Source: Patescibacteria group bacterium (GTDB taxonomy: Bacteria; Patescibacteriota; Gracilibacteria; BD1-5; UBA2023). Taken from it: DNA of 44,384 nucleotides. The position numbers and the translations under genes were made by a program. The notes beneath the pieces were generated by a model. The model was not told the DNA's origin and did not search any database. It worked only from the letters and a program-made list of their open reading frames with translations. The stretch covers positions 1 to 44,384 of the forward strand of contig JAVHPT010000028.1 of the NCBI GenBank assembly GCA_036170735.1. Reading direction: 5' to 3'. This document shows, piece after piece, positions 11,264 through 22,000 of this stretch (position 1 is its first letter; every line of letters begins with the position of its first letter).

Positions 11264-12691
11264 GTGAAAAGCAAAAAAGTACCTACATTCCCTTGGTGAA
11301 TCCTCCTTGATTGGTATAAAAAAAATGGACGTCATGATTTACCATGGCGAGATTACTCATTTGAAAGTTCTAAATTGCTCCTTGCAAGATGAAAATATGA
11401 AAATGGGGGTTCGAGGGGAAGACACTGTCCGAATGGGGATGAAAACAGTATAATGGAGAGCGAAGCCAATATTGAGTGAGTTTGTTTTTCCTATGAGACC
11501 TTTGGTACTTTCGATCACGAAAGTACGGAGAATTGTGTCTGGAAAGAACAAGAAATACTCGTCTATCGCGTCTGGCTTTCCGAGATACTCCTCCAACAAA
11601 CTCAAGCTAGTCGTGTCGTTGGGTCTTTTGATCGAATGATCGAGAGATTCCCAACTATCAAGGATCTTGCTGAAACGGATTATGAAATTTTCTTTCCCTA
11701 CTATCAGTGACTCGGCTACTATTCTCGCGCTCGTAATATCCTGAAAACTGCAAAAATCGTACATGAACAATATAGTGGAATATTCCCAAACGATAAGAAT
11801 ATTTTGATGAAACTCCCAGGGGTATGACCATACACCGCTGAGGCAATACAGGCATTCGGTTATGGCATCCCGACTCTCTCTTGGGATACCAACTTAGAGA
11901 AAGTCTTCGCAAGATATTACAATGGAACGAAAGATACACGACTCGCGAAAGAGGAGAAACAAATAATTCAGAAGGACCTACTTTCTTTCCTATGCTGAAA
12001 ATGTGAAAATGGGGGTTCGAGGGGAAGACACTGTTTGAGCGATAATGAAAACAATAATTCGGTCGAGCAAAGCGAGGAGGAGTGAGTTTGACTTCCCCTC
12101 GAGACTTTTGGTACTTTTGGTCACAAAAGTACAGAAATCTGTGTATGAGGAAGTCTTATTCGTTCCATCAACAACGCTCTCATGGACTTCGCTGCACTCG
12201 TAGACTTGAAAAATCCTGCCAACATCGATTGGAGCAATTACCCTATCAGATCAGGGAGGTTCTATGAAACACGAGGAGGTCTTGAGAAAGTTGAAACAAA
12301 GAAGCAAATAGCCTTTCCCATTCCTGATGCGACTATCATCGTAATTCTCCATAAGGACCACAAGGTGTATTATAGCTCTGGTATCCGTCATCCTGAACTT
12401 GTGAAGGATCCAGAGTTCCAGAAACATGGATTCTTCGTTCCTCAGAATGACGGAAATAGAGAAATCTGAAACTGATATGAACCTTTCATACTTTCCCCGT
12501 CTCTCACTCGAAATACAAGAGAGTATGTCCAATGATATTTCCGTGAGAAATATGCCCTCGAACTCTCAGTACGTCCAGTTCATAAGAAATGGCTTTCCGA
12601 AGATGGAAAACCATATATTGCTGTAAACGCACAAGTGCAAGTTGGCGAGATACAGTTTGAGAAGTGGAACAAGAAGGGAGAGAAGATATAG
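11264..12691 (+). CDS. mutY: A/G-specific adenine DNA glycosylase MutY (about 475 aa) carrying two in-frame ~50-65-aa insertions
   Basis: One frame is open from 11159 to TAG 12689-12691. It contains LLDWYKKNGRHDLPWR, VYRVWLSEILLQQTQ, YYQGLGYYSRARN, LPGVGPYTAEAI (HhH-GPD) and a C-terminal NUDIX-like half. TGA falls at the Gly of GLGYY (11707-11709) and of GVGPY (11825-11827). The only in-frame canonical start before the LLDWY motif is GTG 11264, so the start is uncertain. Confidence 0.85.
11390..11538 (+). repeat. Intragenic structured repeat, copy 1 (inside mutY)
   Basis: A 149-nt block aligns without gaps to 11996-12144, at roughly 73% identity by eye. It begins with an in-frame TGA. It contains the hairpin GTACTTTCG-atca-CGAAAGTAC (11505-11526) and an outer stem TCGAGGGGAA (11411-11420) pairing with 11486-11495 using G-U pairs. 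Confidence 0.8.
11996..12144 (+). repeat. Intragenic structured repeat, copy 2 (inside mutY)
   Basis: It has the same length and codon phase as copy 1. It contains the hairpin GTACTTTTG-gtca-CAAAAGTAC (12111-12132), where C-G is changed to T-A relative to copy 1. Its outer 11-bp stem is TCGAGGGGAAG (12017-12027) with CTTCCCCTCGA (12092-12102). Confidence 0.8.
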
Positions 12692-12708
12692 TTAGACTCT
12701 CTTGAAAA

Positions 12709-13320
12709 TTAGAATATTTTCTTTACAAGGTCCTTTCTTGCATAAAATGCCCTTGTATTGCTTCCATGTCCAGCTCATTTTGTTCGGGCTTGTACCCATT
12801 TTCCGTCTTTTCACGTTAAGCTTGCCCAACCATACTTAATATATTTCTCACGAATAAAATCATAATCTGCTTTGATTTCATAAATAAGATCTTGTTCTGT
12901 TTGCAAATCAAAGGAAGTTACATCGATAAGTACAGCATCAACTTGATTATGTCCTGTCCAAAGGACAGCACAAAAGACAAGAGACTTCAACTTATTCCAA
13001 CAGTGACTCTTAAAGAATTCTTGTTCTGATAATTCACCCGGATTTATCATAGTAATCGCCATGGTCTCTTTTGGTTTAAGTGAACCTTCTTTCTCCGTGA
13101 AAGAAACTGATTTAAGCTCAAATCAGAGACCATTTGGAGCACGAGAATTGTTATTGGAAAGTCCCGCACACCGCTCAAGAACTAATCATTTCCATCACTT
13201 ATTTTGCTTTCAATTAACAAAAACAGAAATTCAAAATTCATCTGCCAGTTCTCGAAGATCTTTTCAGATATACTTTTGAAGATTTTGAATCGCTATTACG
13301 CGAGTAACCATAGTGGACAT
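12709..13320 (-). CDS. MutH/Sau3AI-family type II restriction endonuclease candidate (203 aa)
   Basis: The frame from ATG 13318-13320 to TAA 12709-12711 is open through several TGA. The translation reads ...KQNKGWGKLVLERCAGLSNNNSRAPNGLGFELKSVSF...KPKETMAITMINP...WVQARTKGAGHGSNTRAFYARKDLVKKIF. This follows the MutH pattern (KGW.G.LLE, G.ELK, PLET, Q.R.K, R.FYL.K). The start lies 5 nt after the methyltransferase stop. Confidence 0.65.
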
Positions 13321-13325
13321 ATTTC

Positions 13326-14117
<792 letters not shown>

Positions 14118-14414
14118 AAAAAGGCGTGTAAAGTATAAACACGCCAAAAGTTACAGTCTATAAAAATGGATCGATCCCACCTTTTGGGTGGGATACGGAA
14201 AGTTTTGGCAAACAAAAAGGAGGATTCGCTCACCTTAATGTTCGCCAAAACTACAACTTCTTCCAATACTTGAAAGCACAGAAGAGAGGAAAGGATTTTG
14301 CAAATCCTCCTACTCACCTTCAAATATAAAAAGAATATGAAGTATGTAATTTTGGCTCGTCTATAGTATAGATTCCGTGGAATAGATCAAGAAGAAAGAT
14401 CTACTTTAAGTTTG

Positions 14415-14446
14415 AACTAAAAATCCTCCATAAACTGGAGGATTTT
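14415..14446 (-). terminator. Rho-independent terminator of ftsH
   Basis: On the minus strand, AAATCCTCC-agtttat-GGAGGATTT is followed by a T run and starts about 15 nt after the ftsH stop. Confidence 0.7.
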
Positions 14447-14461
14447 CTCTATTTTCATGTA

Positions 14462-16429
14462 TTACATTCCCACCTTCTGTGGTACACCAGCCACACCTTC
14501 GAAGAGAGCATCGAATTCCTCTTGTATGAGCTCCTCTTTCTCTAGAAGAACATTGGCGAGTTTCTCGTGGAGGTCCTTGTTATTCGTGATAATCTTCTTT
14601 GCAAGCGCATATGCATCGGTGAGGAGCTTGCGTACCTTTTCATCGATGAGCTTACGAGTGTCATCAGAGATAACTTTTTCTTGAGCCTGTCCACCGAGGA
14701 AATTCCCTTCGATAGCATCTGGAGCATAGTTCTCCGCTCCGAGATCGGCATCAAATCCGAATCGCATCACCATGGCACGAGCAATCTCTGTTGCGCGCTC
14801 AATATCACTGGAGGCACCTGTGGTAATATAATCAGAACCGAAGAATACCTCTTCTGCTACACGACCACCATAGAGTGTTGCAAGCTCATCGAGATACTTT
14901 GCCTTTGAGGTATAGGTTCTATCCTTTTCTGGAAGGAACCAAGTCACTCCACCAGCCCCACCACGAGGAAGGATAGATATCTTGTGAACAGGATCAGTAT
15001 GAGGAAGCATCTTTCCCACAAGAGCATGTCCAATCTCATGAAGTGCCGTGAGACGCTTTTCATGTTCTGTCATACGAAGTGACTTCTTCTCATTTCCCAT
15101 GACAACCTTTTCGATGGATTTTTGTATCATCTCCTGAGAGATACTTTTCTTACTTTTCTTACCAGCAAGAATTGCAGACTCATTGAGTAGATTCCCAAGC
15201 TCAGCACCAGAGAAGCCAACCGTAATAGCTGCGATTGTTTGAAGATTCACATCCTCATTAAATGGCTTTCCCTTTGAGTGAACTTCAAGGATTTTTCTGC
15301 GATCTTCGAGAGTTGGAAGACTGATTGTTACTTTACGATCGAATCGTCCTGGACGGAGAAGAGCTTTATCAAGGACATCTGCGCGATTGGTTGCAGCGAG
15401 AATAATTACATTAGTTTCGTTATCAAATCCATCCATCTCCGTCAGAATCTGATTGAGTGTCTGTTCACGTTCATCATGTCCACCACCAATACCAGGAGAA
15501 CGACGTTTCCCGATAGCATCAACCTCATCGATGAAGATGATAGAGGGGGCTTTTTCACGGGCTTCTTTGAAGAGGTCTCGAACACGAGCAGCACCGACAC
15601 CAACGAACATCTCGACGAACTCTGAACCAGAGATAGAGAAAAATGGTACATTGGATTCTCAGGCAACCGCACGAGCAAGAAGTGTCTTTCCACATCATGG
15701 AGGTCACTGGAGGAGGATACCACGAGGAATCTTGGCACCGAGATCTTTATACTTTTTTGGATTCTTGAGGAAATCAACCACTTCCTCAAGATCAGATTTC
15801 TCTTCTTCAGCTCCAGCAACATCTACAAATGTAATCTTCTCATCATTTTCTGGATCATAGACACGCGCACGAGAACGAATGAATGCCATAGGACCACCCA
15901 TACCTCCTCCTCCCATTCGAGATATGACAAAGAAAAGAATGATCACAAAGAGAACAGTACCAACTACACTTGGAATAATGTCCCAAAAGGCACGAGCAAA
16001 GTCAGTATTCTTAATCGTAACTTTTGTTGGATTTTTTGGATCTGACAGACCAATATCCGTAATCTTCAGATTATCAGGAAGAGTTGTTCGGTCAACTTCT
16101 CGAGAACTTACCTGCACTCCATTGACGAAATTGGTAGTCTTTTGTTTTTTTGCTTCGATCTTATTTCCATCCACAACTATCTCTTCATATGTGCCAGATT
16201 CATATCGTGCTTGAATCTCATTGAGTCCAACCGTATTATTGTAGGTAACCTTTTCAGGGCCATATCCTGACCAAGACGAATACACTGCCCATATGAGTGC
16301 TATAATGAGAATCGGAAGAAGTAATGTACGAGGGGTAATCTCAATACTCTTCACATTTGCATCTTTTGGAAGTCCTGGAATCTTTGGAAGCTTCTTTTGT
16401 GGTTTATTGTTAGTTGGTTTCTTTGCCAT
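14462..16429 (-). CDS. ftsH: ATP-dependent zinc metalloprotease FtsH (655 aa)
   Basis: Track fragments 14462-15610 and 15704-16429 are in one frame. The junction reads [51 protein letters not shown], with the three dashes-flanked G encoded by TGA (15704-06, 15695-97, 15659-61), restoring Walker A. Downstream are the SRH and the HEIGHA zinc site. The N-terminus has two TM helices. Confidence 0.95.
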
Positions 16430-16511
16430 TCGTAAAATAGAGTTAAAATGTCGTAAGAGTATACGAAAACGCTCGTAAAAATCAAAAAAATACGACCAAA
16501 ATATATGGACA

Positions 16512-17492
16512 CTAGGGATTATATGGTGTATATGAAGTAACCGAAGTTACTTTCCATGATGGATCATGTCTCTCTAGGGCCGCAAAGACTCACTCAAAAT
16601 GAAGAGCACCATAGGCTATGGCTATCTTTTTTTCTGGATGAGCAAGGATATATTGAATAAGAGTTTCATTGCGCTTATCGAGAATGGCTGAGAACACTCG
16701 AGGATCTGTTCCAATCATCATAACATCTTCAATTGTGGCAGTTTGTTTGAGGACAAGATTCATGAAAGAGCGGATCACAAATCCTGCAAAGAGTCGCTCA
16801 TTGGTACCTATTCCCTGTAGATCGGCGAGTTGGTCTTCAATATTTACAATCGTTCCCGTACCAGAAAGGGATCATGTTCCAATTATCTGCATAAAATCAT
16901 CAATAGATACATCCACGGAAACGAGAACACCACTTGATATACCGGAAAAGAGTTCCTTATTATCCTGTGCCTGTAGATCGATAAAAGATGCAATAGTTGT
17001 ATAGAGCGTCGGTGTAAACTCAAAGCCAAGAGACTCTGAGAAACTCTTCTCGTTCGCTTGCGAACCAGGTCGTACTCACTCAACTAAGAATGTATATCAT
17101 TGCTTCTCAAGACTCTGAAGTTTCTTTTGTTTCTCTTGATAAAACTCTGGAGTAGCAATATGAGACATCTGGAGAAATACCACTGTTTGTTTCCCATTAG
17201 AAACGGTAATATCTGAAAGCTTCCCTGGAACGAAGGTGTGATAACTCGTGAATACGAGAAAGATACTCAAAAAGAAACCTATTGTTGCGGTGGTGAAGAT
17301 CGCCATACGTTTCACAAGCTCGGAAAATGCCTGTTTCTTCCCAAAAGGAAAGGCCTTCATAACCATTGCTGAGATAACCGCTATGAGTATAACTTGTATG
17401 AGAAAACTTACTATGCTAAATATTCAAAAATATGTCTCAAAAATAATTGCTACAGAAACAAAGAGTAAGTTGAGGATATTTTTTATCTTCAT
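16512..17492 (-). CDS. TraB/GumN-family protein with N-terminal TM segments (about 326 aa)
   Basis: One frame runs from ATG 17490-17492 (6 nt after the der stop) to TAG 16512-16514 through several TGA. The translation reads ...[15 protein letters not shown]...[38 protein letters not shown], which resembles the TraB/GumN pattern (GT.H....; R...M; G.GHL.G). ATG 17366 is an alternative start. Confidence 0.5.
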
Positions 17493-17498
17493 AAAAAT

Positions 17499-19022
17499 TT
17501 ATTTATTTCGTTTTTTCTTGGAATTAGCTCTCGTAGATGCTCTATTTTTTTCCTTTCCTTTCTTTTCAGGCTTTGTCTCCTTATCTGTTCTGGATCCTAT
17601 CTCTGCACTTGGTTTAGTTTCATCATCGAGATAGTCCTCTCGCGAACCACCTTTTTCTTTTGGCTTGAACATACTCTTTCGTGACTTCATCTCAATATCA
17701 ACTGGCGTTCCTTCAAATCCAAAGAACTCTCGAATCTTGTTCTCGATATAGCGAACATATGAAAAGTGGAAGTGCTCGGCGTTATTTACAGAAATGACAA
17801 ATCTTGGAGGATTCACATCAACCTGAGAACCATAATATATCTTTGGCTTATGAGATTTGCGACTTCCAGTTGGAGCATGCTCATAGGTAATTTGCTCAAG
17901 GAACTTATTGAATATAGCCGTTTTTACTCGTTTATGACGCTCGATCTGGATTTTCTGTGCATGTTCGAGAACGAGATCGATGCGACGATTTTCTATCGCT
18001 GTCGTGAAAACAACTGGAGCATATGAGAGGAAATCAAACTTCTTTGAAAGATAATGCATATACCTATCGAGGATTGTGTCTGTATTCACTCCTGGTTTTG
18101 CAAGAACGATATCCCACTTATTGAGAACGAGGATAATCCCCTTCTTAGCTTTGAGTGCCTCTCCAACAATATGTTCATCTTGGTGAGTGATACCCTCAAA
18201 AGCGTCAATCACTACCGCAACAACATCAGAGCGTTCGATCGAACTATCCGCACGGAGTACACTCCACTGTTCGATATTGGCACTTCCAATCTTCCCTGAA
18301 CGACGGATTCCAGCCGTATCAATAAGGCAGATTTCCTGTTCATTAAAAGTAATAATCGTATCAATCGCATCTCGGGTTGTTCCAGGAAAATCTTTTACGA
18401 TCGAGCGAGTTTCTCATGCAATTGCATTCACAAGAGAAGATTTTCCAACATTTGGACGACCGATGATAGCGAGCTTCAGAATTCCATCATCATTAGACTT
18501 GTTTTCTTGGTAACTAAATCCCTGCAACTTGAGTTCTGCTGCAACTTTTGCCTTCATCTCACTAAAACCACGATTCTGGATAGCAGAAACAGGAATCACA
18601 TCTCCAAGACCAAGAGTAAGAAGATTGTATGACTCAACTGCCCGTTTTGGATTATCCGCTTTATTGGCTATAATAAGAACTGGTTTTCGTGAACGACGAA
18701 GTTTTTTAACGATAAATTCATCGAATTCTGTAATCTTATCATATTCAAGAACGAGTAAAATCAGATCCGAACGACCGATTGCCTCATCTACACGAGCTCG
18801 AACATCCACAAGAAGTGTCTCATCATCAGCACTCACAATACCACCACTATCCGAGAGAATATAGGAAATATCGTTTTCTATATCATCGATGTGATATTCG
18901 ATGATGTCTCGAGTCGTATTCTCAATATCTGAGACGATCGCAATCCGATGGCCAGAAAGCGCATTAAAAATACTGGATTTTCCGACATTTGGACGACCGA
19001 TAATGGTAACATGAGGAAACAT
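17499..19022 (-). CDS. der: Ribosome-associated GTPase Der/EngA (507 aa) with a basic C-terminal tail
   Basis: It has two GTPase domains (IIGRPNVGKSSIFNAL and IIGRPNVGKSSLVNAIA-G-ETRS, the G encoded by TGA 18414-16) and a KH-like domain. It ends in a Lys/Glu-rich tail ...KEKGGSREDYLDD...KKGKEKNRASTRANSKKKRNK. Confidence 0.93.
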
Positions 19023-19077
19023 TTTTACAAAAATTACTGAGTCTGGTGATTATAGGAAAACGAGAGAAAAAGCAAGT

Positions 19078-22000
19078 TTACTTTGCGGTATAGAAGAAGT
19101 CAATCTTATACCATACTTTTGCCACTGGAGTTCCTACTGAGAGAACTGAGATGAGCATATATCCATCTTGATATCCATACCCGAGAGTGACATCTTTCCC
19201 AAGAGCGTATATATTTCCATCTCGTCCGATAGCGGCTAGTGGTTGATACAGATTGTCTGTAATATACATTCACCCTGAAATCGACGGATCTGTGGAAGTT
19301 GCGGGTACAACACGATACAGGTCATCTGGTGTTATGATCACTTTTCCTGTTCCTGTGTCTGGATTTTTTGAGGCATCAAGCATCTCCGCATCTGAAGGAA
19401 GGGTGATAAACTCTGAATAGAGCGAACCTGATGAACCCATGATATTAATACGCATTGGATTATCATGGTTTGCTCAGGATACGGATATTGAGAGTCAATT
19501 TGGAAGACTTTGGAATACTCCATGCTCTGACATGGTAACTTTTTTACCTCCAAGAGTGAGCTCAACTCCGTTTCATGTAAAGAACGTTCCACTCATAAAG
19601 GCACCATTGATATTCGTACGAAGAGCTCAGGTGTTTAGGCGGGTAATATCTGTATCTGGTCGAACACGGAAAAGATGAATCGGTTCAAAAGGAATCTTCT
19701 CATCAAGTGTTCCGAGTACGAAGCCAGTACTAGTAACCTCGTTAATCTGGGGAATTGGGGAATATACCTCTATCGTAAGCACTTTTGTCGAGGTGTTGTT
19801 AAATGCATCGGTAACCTTGAGTTCTGCGGTACGCCGGCCAATAACATCAAATGAACCAAGTATGAGAGAATCGCCCGTGATCTGCACTCCACTTCATCAA
19901 AGTGAAAAATCATCATCAACTATGCTATCCTCATTCGTATCCACCGTAATATCTGGATCAACGATGACCGAGTAGGTATTCGTCTCCGTGATGAAGTCCT
20001 TGAGTTTGAGAGTTTTCTCTGTATAGACTGGGATCCTGATACTGTCTGGAATATCAATTACCGGAGCACTATGATCACTTGAAGCCTGTGGTGCAAAGAG
20101 GACAATTCCTGCATGAACACTGGTATCATCTGCGAGATTTCGGAGTCGTGCGGAATAGTACCCATTCGGATAGTCGATATTAAAATTGTAGACGTCACTG
20201 ATACTTCCAAGGTTGAGTATCATATAGTCGGCACCTCCCGCAATCTTTATTGAAGTGCCTTTTACTGGATCTTGGACAGAGAATCATCCTACACTGGAAG
20301 TAAGTTGCATATTATCAAGTACCGGCATTCCTATCATATCATCATTATATGTATATGGTTCGGTTGCAACCGATTCAGTCATGATATACAGTTTTCCATT
20401 TTGGAGTTTTGCTTCTATAGGTTCACTGAATCTGTATCCCTTATGGGCATCAAGTTTGAGGAAACTATCCGCATTTGTCCCTGTATGATAGAGGATAGTA
20501 GCAGGATCATTCCCCGTATAGAGGGTTCTTCCTGGTGAAAGAGCAAAGCTCGTCGCCTCAGTAATAATCGTCATCTTCGGTCATGAGATGACGAATGATG
20601 TGCTATCATAGACTCTATCGAGTGATCGTTTGACAGGGATTACTTGAATACCATGAAAAGATGCAATTGGAGCTGTATTCTCATTGGTAAAAAGATCTAC
20701 TATTCTCTTTGGAGTTACTGTTTCATCATGAGTTCAGATATTGACAACATCCCACTCAAGATACCGATCAAAGAATTCCATGCGCCATGCCTGTTCTTCA
20801 CTCTTCGCACTTGCAAAAGTTACAGAGAGACTTTCTGGTGTATTGAGACTCTCATGAAAAAAGTTTGGAGCACTAGGAATTTCGCCAGTTGGACCGAGAG
20901 TTTTAATAATCACTGTATCATCTTGAATCTTCGTTGGAGTTTGTGTGTGGTTGTATTTGACGTAAATAACACCATCAAGGAGAAAGAGGTAATCTTTATC
21001 TCCATCTTTATCAATATCAACGGTATCTACTTTCTCCTCTCACGTCAGAGAATCAAGATAGTCAAAGAGCCGAGTCTGAATCCCCGAAGGAGTCATGATA
21101 TAGATTCCCTGGAATACTGGAGCATATCATGCTGCAAGGTTCGATGAAGATGAAGGGGATACTGTTGTTGTAGCATCCACAAGACGTCCTATGCGGGCAA
21201 GGATATTCTTCGCTCCTGGAACTGAACTTGGATTGAACGAAGAAGCCTCTGAAATAGTATCTGTTGATTTAGGATTAAATTGGGTGTTGTATATATCTCT
21301 AAGGTTTGTTGTCTTCGAAGAAGGGATATCCGCAACCATCTCCCTTCTTGTTATATCAGGGGTGTATACGAGTTCTTGTGGTTTTTGTTTAAGGAGATCA
21401 ATAACATGCTGCATCTTCGCGGTATCATCATACTCTGCCTGGATATACTTGCGAAGAGAAGTAAACCGATCATTGTTATATGCAAGCAGTTCGCTCGTGA
21501 ACTTGGTTTGGTATTCCTTTGCAGATGGGAGATCCTCAGTGAGAGACTTCCCAAAAGTAGAAGCAAAACCATTTTTGGTAAATTCACTCTGGATAAAACT
21601 GGTAAATTGGTCTCACTCAAGAGTTTCTGTATTTTCATTTTGGAATGTCTCAATAATGTCTTTAAGCGCAGCAATCGATCCTGTGTGTTTATCCAGACTT
21701 GATTGCGCTTTGATATTCACCCTTCCTCATTGTATATTTACGTCTGTTCCGATTTTTCTTGGCATTCATCGGGTAAGATCTGTTGTGAAGTTGTTGATTG
21801 GCTTTACTGCTGCCCGCGCAAACTCGGTGATAAAGTCAGAGCGAAGTTGAAAGTTCACATGAGTGCTCACTCGAATCTCTTTTATTGCTGAGATCGAAAT
21901 ATTTGGGAATTGGATATTGAGGAAATCAAAAGGAGAAACTCCTTGGCGTTCTGTACGTTGTGCTATCACATCTCAAACTTGCCATTCTGGAATGAGATTA

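Noticed and set aside
11405-11425. GGGGGTTCGAGGGG inside the mutY repeats resembling a tRNA T-arm
   Set aside because: There is no complementary T-stem, acceptor stem or anticodon arm around it. The segment instead forms the 5' strand of the outer stem of the repeat.
14281-14312. GAGGAAAGG string reminiscent of the RNase P RNA P4 motif
   Set aside because: The match covers only 9 nt and no matching 3' P4 strand (ACAGAAnnCGGCUUA-like) is present. The whole spacer (344 nt) lacks the other conserved RNase P regions that I can recognise by eye.
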